Origin: Ostreococcus lucimarinus
Lineage: Eukaryota
NCBI GenBank assembly: GCA_000092065.1
Contig: CP000596.1
DNA length: 64,000 nucleotides
Strand: one strand, 5' to 3'
Shown: positions 42,012 to 52,066 of the stretch, piece by piece
Numbering within the stretch: position 1 is the first letter of the stretch
Layout of the letters: every line of letters begins with the position of its first letter
Made by a program: the position numbers and the translations under genes
Notes under the pieces: model-generated
Database searches by the model: none
What the model saw: the letters and a program-made list of their open reading frames with translations, nothing else
Told to the model about the DNA's origin: nothing

Positions 42012-42587
42012 ATGATATCACTCACGTGCAAGCATCACAAACCGCACTCGCAACAATCGCAACGCCACCGACGCTCGAAAAGCCATCGATCGCGCACTTC
42101 GCGGGCGTCGTCGTCCACCCCTGGACCGACGCCCCACAGCGACGCAACGTCTTCCGGCGAGCACTTCGGCGCGTTGAGTCACGACGAACGCGTCAGCATC
42201 TTGGGCGAAGCCATCATCGATTCTGGCGCGCTCGTGTTCACGAAGAGTCACAGTGGAAGGTACACGTGCGTTGACAATGCGTTTCTCAAAGCGTTTGGGT
42301 TCGAAAAGTCCGAAGATGTCGTCGGACTCACCGACGACGAGGTGATCGAGAAGATTCTTGCGAGCGGGAAAACATTTCACCACTCGTACCGAGGCGAGTC
42401 GGTGACCGATCTTCCGCGAATTTGGAAAGAGAACGACGATCTCGTGCAGCACAACAACCGAACGATGTGGTTCAAGGAGCGCGCGTTGTTGAGCGGTGGC
42501 GAAGACACCAAGCTTCACGAATTTGTCGTGATGAAATCGCCCTTCGCGGGTGGAGTCCTCGGCGTCGCGGTGCCCGCTGGAATTTGA
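42012..42587 (+). CDS. Small PAS-domain protein; N-terminus uncertain.
   Basis: PAS-fold pattern (ILGEAIIDSGALVFTKSHSGRYTCVDNAFLKAFGFEKSEDVVGLTDDEV...NRTMWFKERALL). The first ATG lies only 24 bp after the Roadblock stop, so the gene structure is uncertain. Confidence 0.45.
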   Translation: MISLTCKHHKPHSQQSQRHRRSKSHRSRTSRASSSTPGPTPHSDATSSGEHFGALSHDERVSILGEAIIDSGALVFTKSHSGRYTCVDNAFLKAFGFEKSEDVVGLTDDEVIEKILASGKTFHHSYRGESVTDLPRIWKENDDLVQHNNRTMWFKERALLSGGEDTKLHEFVVMKSPFAGGVLGVAVPAGI

Positions 42588-42611
42588 TAGACGACGCGCC
42601 GCCGATCTCGA

Positions 42612-42695
42612 TCAAGACCACAATGACTTAGACCAAGACCACGATGATTTAGACCAAGACCACAATGACTTAGACCAAGACCACGATGATTTAGC
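42612..42695. repeat. 21-bp minisatellite, 4 units (GACCAAGACCAC[A/G]ATGA[C/T]TTA).
   Basis: Read directly. It sits in the convergent 3' region between the PAS gene and the ChaC gene. Confidence 0.9.
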
Positions 42696-42886
42696 GTTCT
42701 TCGATGCGCGCGCGCTCTTGTTAGAATTACTTTCTTTACCTAATCTATTGTTTCATCACGCGCTTCTTCCCGTCCCGCGTTTCGACTAACGCGAAATGGG
42801 AAATAACCAAAGTTTTATCGCTCGCATAAGGATCGACGGGTCTTCCCTGTGTCTCCACCGCTGTCCTGGCGACTGTCGCCAACAAT

Positions 42887-43468
42887 CTAGTCCCCGCGAA
42901 TCGCGCGCACGCTCGCCTCAAGCGCGTACAACTCTTCGTCTTCGATACCTAACCCCCGCAAAGCCTCGCACAGGTTGTATAAATATTCGGAATTTTCTCC
43001 AGACGGACCGCGCGCTGCAGCGATTTGCTCGGCTACATCGCTCGCGTCTCCGAGCCAGTTCAAGTTAGTCGTCGCCGGCGTCGCGATATACGTTACCGCG
43101 TTTCTTATCACCGGCACCGCGTTCGCGTCATCGACGTCGTATAAATCCATCTCAATCCTCTCGTCGTACTGTTTTTCTCGTATTTCCAGGTTCTCCAGCA
43201 CCGCCTCTCGGTCCTCTGCGCGAACTTCGTACGCGACGCCCCAGCACGCGACGTCCTCCGAGCAACGCTCTAACGTCGCCGTGCGCCCGGGCGCCGCGGG
43301 CGTTCCTCGATGGTCGGTGCTTCCTTGATAAAACCGTCGCCGAAACCCTCGCGCGCACACGGGCGCGATCGAGCGCGCGTACTCGAAGCCCGTGCGCCAC
43401 ACTATCGAACCGTATCCGAAGACCCATAACGATTCGTTCGCGCGCGTCGACAGCGGCGCGCGAGGCAT
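42887..43468 (-). CDS. CHAC: ChaC-family gamma-glutamyl cyclotransferase (glutathione-specific).
   Basis: Only the C-terminal 193 codons of the 561-aa ORF are genic: MPRAPLSTRANESLWVFGYGSIVWRTGF (ChaC signature LWVFGYGSLMW) ...YLYNLCEALRGLG. The rest of that ORF is antisense to the neighbouring rpiA-like gene. Confidence 0.8.
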   Translation of the reverse strand: MPRAPLSTRANESLWVFGYGSIVWRTGFEYARSIAPVCARGFRRRFYQGSTDHRGTPAAPGRTATLERCSEDVACWGVAYEVRAEDREAVLENLEIREKQYDERIEMDLYDVDDANAVPVIRNAVTYIATPATTNLNWLGDASDVAEQIAAARGPSGENSEYLYNLCEALRGLGIEDEELYALEASVRAIRGD

Positions 43469-43628
43469 GATGCCCACGTCGTGGTCTCGCGGCACGCGTT
43501 TCGCGCTCGAGCTCGCGCTGGCGACAGATCGGGCGCGATGCGCGTTCGACGCGCGCATCGCGAGCGAAGAAGCGAGGCGAACACTGGCGCGGCAGACGAC
43601 GACGCGTCGACGCTCGGCCACGCTCGCG

Positions 43629-44645
43629 ATGGCGCGCGCGACGGCGACGGCGCGCGCGACGGCGACGCGGAACGGCGCGCCGCGCGTCGTCGCGCGCGCG
43701 CGAGCGACGGCGCGCGCGGGCGCGGTGACGCGGCGCGCGAACGACGCTCGGGCGGCGAGGGCGGCGACGCTGAGGACGCGCGCGCGACGCGAGCGAACGC
43801 GCGCGCGCGCGAGCGACGCGCGCGTGGATGAATCCGACGATAGCTTCGCGTCCGCGAGCCTGTCGGCGGCGATCGCGCAGCGGGCGCTGATGATGATCGA
43901 ATCCAACGCCGTCGTGGGGTTGTCGCGGGGCGAACACGCGAGCGAGCTGGCGCGACGGTTGGCGGAGGCGCTGGAAAGCGGTGCGCTGGAGAACGTGAAA
44001 GTGGTGGCGCTCGAACCGTTGGCGGCGAAGGAATGCGCGGTGAACGGGCTAGAGATGCGATCGATCGATGAGGTGCGAGCGATCGACGTGACGTTCGCGC
44101 AGCCGAGCGAGTGCGCGGTGGTGGTGACGAACGGGCAGAAATCCATCGCGAGCGTGTTCGGACGAGAGACGACGCCGGTACAACCAGATATCGAACGCGC
44201 GAAGGCGGCAATGAAAAAGAGCGTCAAGGTGGTGCTGTTGAAGGAGCTTTTCGTGGATAAGATTGGCGGGTCCATCCCCATCGTTGTCGAGGCGGAAAAT
44301 TGGGAAGAACACGCGGAGGAGTTGGATGATTTATTTTTGGGCGACGCCGAGGTGTGGAGGCGAGGTGCGACGTTTGACGCGAACCCAAGAGGAGGGAAGA
44401 ACCCGTACGTCAGCGCCGACGGCTCGCACACGCTGTTAGACTTGCGATTTGAAGATCCCATCAACAGCGGTCGCTGGGAGTGCGGTTTGATGCTCGACGG
44501 CAAACCGTGCGGGCCGTACGAGTTACAATACGCGTTGGAAAACGATGTCGAAGGCGTGTTGGCGCATGGCATCTACACCCAAGCCGATGTCGTGATAACG
44601 TTGAATCCGGACACGTTAGAAGCGGTGACGATCGAACGCGATTAA
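43629..44645 (+). CDS. Ribose-5-phosphate isomerase A-like protein with substituted active-site/phosphate-binding motifs and a plastid-type presequence.
   Basis: RpiA-like fold. The C-terminus TFDANPRGGKNPYVSADGSHTLLDLRFEDPI...GVLAHGIYTQADVVI resembles RpiA ...PFVTDNGNYILDCHF..IEDP...GVVETGLF...ADVVIV. The canonical GLGTGST loop reads GLSRGEHAS. The DGADE region reads DVTFAQPSE. Confidence 0.6.
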   Translation: MARATATARATATRNGAPRVVARARATARAGAVTRRANDARAARAATLRTRARRERTRARASDARVDESDDSFASASLSAAIAQRALMMIESNAVVGLSRGEHASELARRLAEALESGALENVKVVALEPLAAKECAVNGLEMRSIDEVRAIDVTFAQPSECAVVVTNGQKSIASVFGRETTPVQPDIERAKAAMKKSVKVVLLKELFVDKIGGSIPIVVEAENWEEHAEELDDLFLGDAEVWRRGATFDANPRGGKNPYVSADGSHTLLDLRFEDPINSGRWECGLMLDGKPCGPYELQYALENDVEGVLAHGIYTQADVVITLNPDTLEAVTIERD

Positions 44646-44743
44646 CGCTTTAGACACTAGACGCCGAATAATTTGACTGCATTCATTCATCAAATCGCTA
44701 TTACTAAGCTAGCTAACGCAACGCATTTTCATCGATGCGCTGT

Positions 44744-47005
44744 TCAATCTCTCGCCAATACCTCGTCGCAATACGTCGAGAACATCTGAGTCTCCGCAAA
44801 CGCTCGCATGAACGATCTGTCTTGGCCTTGAAACGTGGCGAGGAACGAATCCTTGAGCAAAATTGTCACCTTTCCTTCGCCTCCTTCGTTCACGTCTGTG
44901 ATGGAATGATAACGTATGCTCGCGACGAGCGAGTTTAAATACGCACGCCACGCGTTGAGGAACTCGCGCGCCGCGTTGATCGCCTCTTGAGACGGGTCGA
45001 TGACTGGTCGCTTCTTGTGATTGACGGACGCCTCCACGATGGCTTCGTGAAGGGGGTGAAGATTGCGCACGAGATCCTTCATTCTCGGCAAACGCAACGG
45101 CTTACCCTCCCACTGTACCTTTACGTCGTCTTTGTACACGTTGATTCGAGTCAGATGATTCGTTCTGTTACGCAAATCGCTCGTTTTGTGCTGAACGCCG
45201 CACACAAACGGCACCGGCGCGTCGAGAAAATCAACCATGTGTTGCGGCAAGATTGGCAGAAAGAGCGACTGCCACCCGAATGGACGAAGCATTGGAATGA
45301 GCGCAAGAGAAACAGCGCTCAACTCGCCCAAGTTGTTACTAAACACCACGACTTGCTTTTCGAGCAAGACCGCGGTGAGAAGAGAGATGACATTTTCCAA
45401 ACTCAAACTGCAGCACAAGCTCACGACGGCCCATCCCTGAAGGTGAAATGCTTCTTCGGCTGGAGATATTCGCGCACTCTCCGGTAAGCCGACGATATTC
45501 GTATCTAACTGCGATGAAGCGCGCTCGGAAGGCACCGGTCGTCGAAATCGAATCGGTTTCACGCCGACGCTCGGAACGAACTCGCCGCTCGCGTCGCCCA
45601 AATCCGGGACGCGACACTGACTGTAATTTTCTAAAATTTTCATCGCTTCGTTCCCATCGCTTGATGACGGTGGTGATCGCACCCACTGGTCGCCATCGTT
45701 TCCTTCGTCGTCTGGCATCAAGTCGTGCATGTTCTGTTTGATTCGTTCGACCCGTTCCATGCCCAGGACGTGCGACAACACCTCGTAGTGCGTTTCAAAA
45801 AACGGCACCTTGCTCAAGATACAGTAACATCGCGGCGCGACTTCGATGTAGCGATGCTTCAAAGGTCGCGCCTCTCGTGAAGGCGAATCTTTCGCGCCGT
45901 ACGCATCCACCGCCGGCGCTCCCCGAAGATGCTGCACGATGGGCGGCGGTTGATGTAAGACTTCTGTGACGTACGCGCACACTCCGTACATGGGCGTGTT
46001 GTCGCTGGTTTGGACTTGAAAAACGAAAACCTGATCGTCGCCGTCGGTGTACGTCGTGCCGCACATGATTTCTTGCAACTTGCTCATACTCGGCGTGCGT
46101 TCGAGCAAACGCGGCTCGACGCCGTGCGGGAAACAAAACGCCGCCACTTCGTCCACGGCGAAATTCGGCGACGCTTCGCCGCCAGGATAATGAAACAACA
46201 CCGATGCTTTGTACGTTTCCCCAGCTGTACCTCGATACGCGCGCAGTTTGCGCGGATCGGTGATGGCGACGTCATCTGCCACACCGCTCGATCGCGCCTC
46301 TCGCGCCGCCGAAGCCGAGTCCGCCACCACGCGCACCTCCGCGCTCGGCTCCAATCCGCACACTAAAAACGCCTCCATCGTTTTCAACTTTTCCGGCACC
46401 CCACTCGCGGGCGTTCCCGACACACTCAACTTCCCCATCACGTCTAAATCTGCGCTCGAGCTCGCCGCGCGCTGGTCGCGCAACCACCGCCGTTTCTCCG
46501 CGGTCAGCTGTTCGGGATTGAACCACGCCGCGTGCGTGACGAACGCGTCGGGCGTCGTGTCGACGAACTCGTCCTCGTCCTCGTCCTCGTCCGAGGACGA
46601 CGAGCAAGCCGTACTCATCGCCGTCGGCGTCGCGCGCGACGCGTCGTCCATCACTAAATCATCGCTCGAACGGTCGCTCGTCGTCGCGTCCGCCTCGCCT
46701 CGCGCCGCGGTTCCCGAAAACGTCCGGTGCAGCGCATCGGCGAACCATCCCCCTCGACGCCACGTTGATCCTGATTCTGCGTCCGCGGGCGCGCTCTGCG
46801 CCCGCGCGAGTCTGCCTTCGACGTCGTCGCTCGTGATTTCTCGCGGCGCATCCTTTGCGTCGAGAGACGAGCTCGAGCGGTGATGATTGGCGACTATTTG
46901 TATGCCATCGACGACGAGCACGCCGCCCGTCGCGCGCGCGCGCGCGGCGTTCGCGTCGAACGCGTCGCGCGCGTCGTCCGCGTCGCCGGACGCGGGCCGC
47001 GGCAT
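44744..47005 (-). CDS. DENN-domain protein (Rab GEF-like; uDENN-DENN-dDENN).
   Basis: uDENN/DENN blocks FLVCGLEP, RCYCILSKVPFFETHYEVL and LSLENVISLLTAVLLEKQVVVFSNNLGELS, plus an LIPMLRPFGWQ-type segment. Confidence 0.8.
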   Translation of the reverse strand: MPRPASGDADDARDAFDANAARARATGGVLVVDGIQIVANHHRSSSSLDAKDAPREITSDDVEGRLARAQSAPADAESGSTWRRGGWFADALHRTFSGTAARGEADATTSDRSSDDLVMDDASRATPTAMSTACSSSSDEDEDEDEFVDTTPDAFVTHAAWFNPEQLTAEKRRWLRDQRAASSSADLDVMGKLSVSGTPASGVPEKLKTMEAFLVCGLEPSAEVRVVADSASAAREARSSGVADDVAITDPRKLRAYRGTAGETYKASVLFHYPGGEASPNFAVDEVAAFCFPHGVEPRLLERTPSMSKLQEIMCGTTYTDGDDQVFVFQVQTSDNTPMYGVCAYVTEVLHQPPPIVQHLRGAPAVDAYGAKDSPSREARPLKHRYIEVAPRCYCILSKVPFFETHYEVLSHVLGMERVERIKQNMHDLMPDDEGNDGDQWVRSPPSSSDGNEAMKILENYSQCRVPDLGDASGEFVPSVGVKPIRFRRPVPSERASSQLDTNIVGLPESARISPAEEAFHLQGWAVVSLCCSLSLENVISLLTAVLLEKQVVVFSNNLGELSAVSLALIPMLRPFGWQSLFLPILPQHMVDFLDAPVPFVCGVQHKTSDLRNRTNHLTRINVYKDDVKVQWEGKPLRLPRMKDLVRNLHPLHEAIVEASVNHKKRPVIDPSQEAINAAREFLNAWRAYLNSLVASIRYHSITDVNEGGEGKVTILLKDSFLATFQGQDRSFMRAFAETQMFSTYCDEVLARD

Positions 47006-47154
47006 CGCGCGCGTCCGCGAGTGACGCCGAACGCGAACGCGCGTCGGACATTCGTCGCGGCGACGCGCGAGGTGACGCGCGCGCGCGCGCGCTCAAACTT
47101 TAAATTTTTTCATTCGTATTTCATGTCAACGCGCGTCGCGATGCGGGCGAGAAA

Positions 47155-47780
47155 TCACGCGCTCGCGTCCGCGGACGGCGCGGCGTCCTTGGCGACGCCC
47201 GTGGAACCGAATCCGCCGGCGCCGCGCGCCGTGTCGTCCAAGTCGTCGCATTCGACGACTTCCGGCGTGAGAATTTGTTCGAGGATCAACTGCGCCACGC
47301 GATCGCCCTTCTTCACCTCGAAGTCTTCGTCGCCGTGGTTGAACAAAATCACCCCGACGTTGCCGCGGTAGTCGTAATCCACCACCCCCGCGCCGACGTC
47401 GATGAACTTTTTCCACGCCAAGCCCGATCGCGGGGCGACGCGCGCGTACGTCCCGAGCGGAATCGCGATCGACAGGTCTGTCTTCACCAATTCTTTCCCA
47501 CGCGCCGGCACGACGCAATCGTGCGCGCTGCGACATTCGCGATCGCGTCGTCTCGTCAGTCGCCGAAAATTCAAATTTCCCTCACCCTTCGCGCGCGCGC
47601 GCGTCGGCGTTCCCTTCGTCGCTCGTCCAACGACGCGGGCGGCCTTTCGCCCGCGCGAGACGCGGGAAAAATCGCGCTTTCGCACCTCGCCAGATCGTAT
47701 CCCGCCGCGCCTTCGCTCCCTCGCGTCGGCATCGTCGCGTCGTCGCTCAGTCGCTTCACGCGCAGCGCCGCGGACGCCAT
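47155..47780 (-). CDS. DUT: dUTP pyrophosphatase (dUTPase), two exons: complement(join(47155..47527,47686..47780)).
   Basis: Exon 1 is [31 protein letters not shown] (dUTPase motifs 1-2) and ends AG|GTGCGA. The 158-nt intron has a CTGACG branch 26 nt before TGTCGCAG. Exon 2 is [38 protein letters not shown]...[17 protein letters not shown]...GDRVAQLI...[10 protein letters not shown] (motifs 3-5). Confidence 0.85.
47528..47685 (-). other. Inferred spliceosomal intron of DUT (158 nt).
   Basis: The two halves of a complete dUTPase lie in different frames. They are joined exactly by GTGCGA...CTGACG...CAG. Confidence 0.75.
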
Positions 47781-47982
47781 CGTTCGCGCGCGTTTTCGTT
47801 CGTGCGTCGTCGCGCGCGTCGTCGTCGCGCTTCGGCGTGCGAGGCGCGCGAGGATGCGATGCGTCGCGCGCGTCGTCGCGCGAAGCGGTCGCGTCGCGTC
47901 GAGTCGCGTCGCGCGATGGCGACGCCGATCGGTCGTCGCTCGACCGTCCGCACTCGGTCGCGCGACGCGAGCGACGACGCGG

Positions 47983-50139
47983 ATGACGACGACGACGACG
48001 ACGACGGGGTCCGCGCCCGCGGGGTTCGCGCGACGCGTCAAGCGCGCGCTCGGCGTGCGCCTGAGCGACGTCGTGGGGACGACGACGACGACGCGCGACG
48101 GCGAAGACGACGCGGGCGGCGACGGCGACGAGGGCGATGGCGAGGGCGGGACGACGCGCGCGCGATCGGTGGACCTGGCGACGTGCGCGCGAGCGCTGAG
48201 CGAGATACTGCCGCTCGGCGCGCACGGAGCGACGACGTCGTCGGTGAACCTGCGGGCGACGGTGGAACGGCGCGGGTTGGCGCTCAACGAAAGATTTCTC
48301 GACGAATCCATGCGAGCGCGAACGAAACTGAGTCAAGTGGAGGCGACGTTAGAGGCGTTGGACGGCGCGCGAGAACGCATGCGAACGGCGCTGGAGACTT
48401 CGAAACAAAAGACGTCGTCGCTGTTGAGAGAAACCGCGCGGGCGAAGGAGGAGTTGAGCGTCATCGAATCGAGACGCGAGCTCGTGAACTCGTTCGCCGT
48501 CGATTTTCAGTTGACCAAGGCGCACGTGGACGCGCTGACGACGGTGGAGAACGCGAGCGGGGAGAACACCGAGGGCGCATCCACCGCGGCGACGGCGGCG
48601 CCGACGCTTCCGTCGGTGTTTTTTCAAGCGCTCGAGCGCGTCAAGGTGATTCAAGGCAACTGCGCAAAGTTGGCCAACACCGATCAACAGCGCGCCGGTT
48701 TAGAACTGATGGACGTCATGACGTCGTACATGGAAACGGCGCACGAAAAAATGCGTCGCTGGGTCGTCGCGAAGTGTCGCTTACTCGCCGAAGAAGACGA
48801 TTTCGTCACCGAGGGCGACGAGCGCGCCCTGCGCAAAGCGATGAGCGCGTTGCGCTTACGTCCGACGTTATTCAAGGCTTGCGTGGAAGAGGTGACGCGT
48901 ACGCGTCACAACGCGCTGTTTCGTCGATTCATCACCGCTCTCACGCGCGGTGGCGCGGGGACGAAACCGATAGAAGTGCACGCGCACGACCCGTTGCGGT
49001 ACGCGGGCGACATGTTGAGCTGGGTGCATCAAGCCGTCGCAGGAGAAAAGGAATTTTGCGGTGTGATTTTCACGGACGAAGCGATTGAAGGCGACCAAGA
49101 CGCGTTCGATCCGTCGAAGGAGATGCTGTCGAAAGTTTTCGACGCCATCTGTAGACCTCTAAAGGTTCGAGTTGAGCAGATTCTCGCGAGCGCGAGCGCG
49201 CTGGAGGGCGGCGTGATGACGGCGTACAAGTTGGCAAACTTGTTGCCGTTTTATCGCAATCTACTCGGAGAATTGCTCGAACGCGACGCAACGATCACAA
49301 AAACCGTGAGCGATTTGTGCGAGAGCGCGAAGACGTCGTTCGCGGACGCGGTGGCGCAACACGGCGCTAAATATAGGAAACTTTCGCTCGCGCCGAACGC
49401 GCTCGCGGGCGAAGACGCGTTCTCGCCTCCTGCGGTATTGCGCGAGGGCGTGGCGAGCGCGATCGAGCTTCTCGAATCCGTCGCAACTTCGTCGAGCACG
49501 GCGAGCGGCTCGGACGCCGAAGCGCGCGAACTTTTGGCGTTGGGCGTGAACGGAGTCATCGATCCAATCGTCGGCGCCGTCGAAGCCGCGGCGTCTCGCG
49601 CGACGGAACAAGCGCGAAGCGTCATAGGCTCGAGCGGACCGAAGTGGTCGGGACACGCGTTCGCGCTCAACTGCTTGCACGCCATACGTGAGCCTCTGCG
49701 TTCGCACGCCGTGGCTGCGGCGAAAGTGGACGAACTCTCTCGCGCCATCGCGAAGAGGGTGAGCGACGTCGCCGACGGCGAAGCTGGAACGTTGCTCGCG
49801 TCGTGCGGTCTGAACGACGCGCTCGAATTGGTGGTTTTGTATCAAGAGCAACACGGCGCGGGTGACTCCGTCATGGCGAAAGATCCCGCGTTGCAGATTG
49901 ACAAGCTCGCCTCGGCGCTCTCGACGCTCGTCGATTCGGCGGGAACGAACGCTCCGGAGTTTAACGAGATTCAAGCTCCTTCGATGCGAGGCGACGTCGT
50001 TTCGCGATACAACGACAAGTTGATCGAAGCGTACACGCGAGTGTACGCCGCGATTTTGAACCCGTCTTCAGGATACGGCTCGGACGCGCGTTCAAAGGTT
50101 CGCCACGGCCCCGCCGCGTTGAGCACCGTACTCGGTTAA
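47983..50139 (+). CDS. COG6: Conserved oligomeric Golgi complex subunit 6 (COG6).
   Basis: Multiple blocks align to human COG6. [34 protein letters not shown] matches [75 protein letters not shown] matches [53 protein letters not shown] matches VCRPLKVRIEQVI. Start at MTTTTTTT (47983) or MRCV (47854). Confidence 0.85.
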   Translation: MTTTTTTTGSAPAGFARRVKRALGVRLSDVVGTTTTTRDGEDDAGGDGDEGDGEGGTTRARSVDLATCARALSEILPLGAHGATTSSVNLRATVERRGLALNERFLDESMRARTKLSQVEATLEALDGARERMRTALETSKQKTSSLLRETARAKEELSVIESRRELVNSFAVDFQLTKAHVDALTTVENASGENTEGASTAATAAPTLPSVFFQALERVKVIQGNCAKLANTDQQRAGLELMDVMTSYMETAHEKMRRWVVAKCRLLAEEDDFVTEGDERALRKAMSALRLRPTLFKACVEEVTRTRHNALFRRFITALTRGGAGTKPIEVHAHDPLRYAGDMLSWVHQAVAGEKEFCGVIFTDEAIEGDQDAFDPSKEMLSKVFDAICRPLKVRVEQILASASALEGGVMTAYKLANLLPFYRNLLGELLERDATITKTVSDLCESAKTSFADAVAQHGAKYRKLSLAPNALAGEDAFSPPAVLREGVASAIELLESVATSSSTASGSDAEARELLALGVNGVIDPIVGAVEAAASRATEQARSVIGSSGPKWSGHAFALNCLHAIREPLRSHAVAAAKVDELSRAIAKRVSDVADGEAGTLLASCGLNDALELVVLYQEQHGAGDSVMAKDPALQIDKLASALSTLVDSAGTNAPEFNEIQAPSMRGDVVSRYNDKLIEAYTRVYAAILNPSSGYGSDARSKVRHGPAALSTVLG

Positions 50140-50248
50140 ATGCGTGCGAAACGGGAGAGCGGCGACAAGCATCGCGTGCGTTCGTTTCTTCAATTCTTAG
50201 TACTGTATAATACATCGCTATCGACCTCATCTCACTCTCGCCCGACGA

Positions 50249-51889
50249 TCACCTCGGTCCTCCGCGTTCCGCGTCCTCGTCAAACGTCGCGGGGATCAAG
50301 TCTTCTTGAAACGCGCCGCGAAAATTGCCGCTCAAAAACTCACTGAACCAATTTCTCGAAGCACCGGTGCGCGTTCGGCTCGATGTGCCGAATTCACCTT
50401 CGAATCCATCTCGAAACGCTTCGCTGAAAGCGTCTTCGGCGCCGTCGCTCGGCCAACTTTGCTCATCTTCAACCTCGAAAAAGTCATCGGCGCGCGCCGA
50501 AGCGTTCGACGACGACGCACTTGTCGTCCCCAGCCACTCGTCAAACGATACGTCCGCTGAGTAAGGTTTCTCCTGGACTTTTGCCGTCGTCGCTGTCGTC
50601 GTCGTCGAATCCACGTCCTTCGTCAAGGCATCAACATCGATGATTCGCACGAGACCCCCGCCCTCGTCCTCCGCAGACGGCGGGCGGTTCGACGCGCGCG
50701 TTTGCGAGAAGTCGACCTCGGCGACGTCGTCTTCGAAATCAAAGTCACCAGCGTTGAGATTGAATGCTTTTTTGAACTCATCCAACGCTTCGTCGCCCCA
50801 CTGGCGAACTTCGACGGTGACATCTTGCGCCGCGCGAAACGCCTCCTTCGCCTTTAAACGATCTCCAAACGCCTCACTAAAAACTTCCGCACCGCGCTCG
50901 AACGCCTTGGCGTCGAATGCGTCGAACGCGCCGTCGCCATAGATGTCTTCGTACTCAAAATCCGCCGATCGTCGTTTCCGCTCGCGCGCCGCCGCGCGCC
51001 GTCGCTCGTCGAAATCTTCTCGCCGCCGACGCCCTCGCGGCGTCGAATCCGTGGCGTACTCGTACATTCCAGCCGCTCGACCCTTCGCGTCGGCTCCGTC
51101 GTCGTTCCCTAGAGCCACGGCCAAGCACAGCACAGCACCGATGACGACAACGCCGTAAATCAATCGACTCGCCGACAACAGCGCGAAGGCACCCCATCCG
51201 CACGCCACGATGAAACGTATGACGTACATCGGCACCGAGCGCGGCAGTAACACATCCAGCGCGCGCGTGAACGCCTCGCTCACGTTCGTCAGCGCCACAT
51301 ACGCGAGTTTCAGTATGTTTGCGCTCATCTCAAAACCTGACCCACGATCGCGCGCGTCTCTCGTCCTCGACGGCTCGTATTCGTCGCGTTCGTCGAACTC
51401 GTCGCCGCCGCGTCTCCCTCGCGCGCGTCCCGAAAAGTCAAAGTCACCTCGCTCGCGTCCTTCGCCGAATCGTCCGCGCGGTGCGCGCTCGAACACGTCG
51501 AAGTCGCCTTCGTCCCACGACGCGTACGAACTGCTCGTCCCCGTCGACGACGACGCTCTCGCGCGCGCGTTCTCTTTCCGAATGGGCGCGCGCGTTGACA
51601 ACGGGCGCATGACGACGACGCGGGTCGTCGCTCGCGCGACGCCGCGCGCGACGCCGCGCGCGGGCGCGCGCGCGCGGTGTCGCGACGCCGATAACATCGT
51701 CGTCGCGCGCGCGGTCGACATGACGCGACACGCGTCGCAGAGTCGCGTCGGCTCGGCGCGCGTCGCAGAGTCGGCGCGGACGACGTCGCCAGACGACGGC
51801 GCGCGACGCGACGATCGCGAGGAGCCGTGGAATCGAGACCGCGTCCATCGCGCGCGTCGACGGTGATGTCCGAACGCGTCGACGCGCAC
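50249..51889 (-). CDS. Hypothetical acidic protein with one or two transmembrane segments and an R/A-rich N-terminus.
   Basis: Hydrophobic block MYVIRFIVACGWGAFALLSASRLIYGVVVIGAVLCLAVAL, followed by a D/E/F-rich region (DFDFEDDVAEVDF). No family recognised. Confidence 0.4.
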   Translation of the reverse strand: MRVDAFGHHRRRARWTRSRFHGSSRSSRRAPSSGDVVRADSATRAEPTRLCDACRVMSTARATTMLSASRHRARAPARGVARGVARATTRVVVMRPLSTRAPIRKENARARASSSTGTSSSYASWDEGDFDVFERAPRGRFGEGRERGDFDFSGRARGRRGGDEFDERDEYEPSRTRDARDRGSGFEMSANILKLAYVALTNVSEAFTRALDVLLPRSVPMYVIRFIVACGWGAFALLSASRLIYGVVVIGAVLCLAVALGNDDGADAKGRAAGMYEYATDSTPRGRRRREDFDERRRAAARERKRRSADFEYEDIYGDGAFDAFDAKAFERGAEVFSEAFGDRLKAKEAFRAAQDVTVEVRQWGDEALDEFKKAFNLNAGDFDFEDDVAEVDFSQTRASNRPPSAEDEGGGLVRIIDVDALTKDVDSTTTTATTAKVQEKPYSADVSFDEWLGTTSASSSNASARADDFFEVEDEQSWPSDGAEDAFSEAFRDGFEGEFGTSSRTRTGASRNWFSEFLSGNFRGAFQEDLIPATFDEDAERGGPR

Positions 51890-52066
51890 GCGCGCGCGAC
51901 GACGACGACGGGCGGCGCGGACGCGAGCGGCGGCGGCTTTTCGAAGAAGATTCTCGGGTTAAAGGTGCGCGCGACGCGACGAGACGGGACTCGGGGAACG
52001 GCGAACGCGTCGAAGACTCGCGCCGACGCGTTGACTGACGGCGCGGGCGACGTCGGGGCGTAGTTT

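Noticed and set aside
42887-44572. 561-aa minus-strand ORF as a single protein.
   Set aside because: Only its last 193 codons encode a recognisable ChaC protein, after an internal Met that directly precedes the LWVFGYGS motif. The upstream 368 codons are antisense to the rpiA-like gene and are low-complexity.
1540-47685. Introns as members of a repeated introner-element family.
   Set aside because: The six inferred introns share splice and branch signals but show no obvious common internal sequence by eye. This needs a genome-wide search, so it is reported only as a question.
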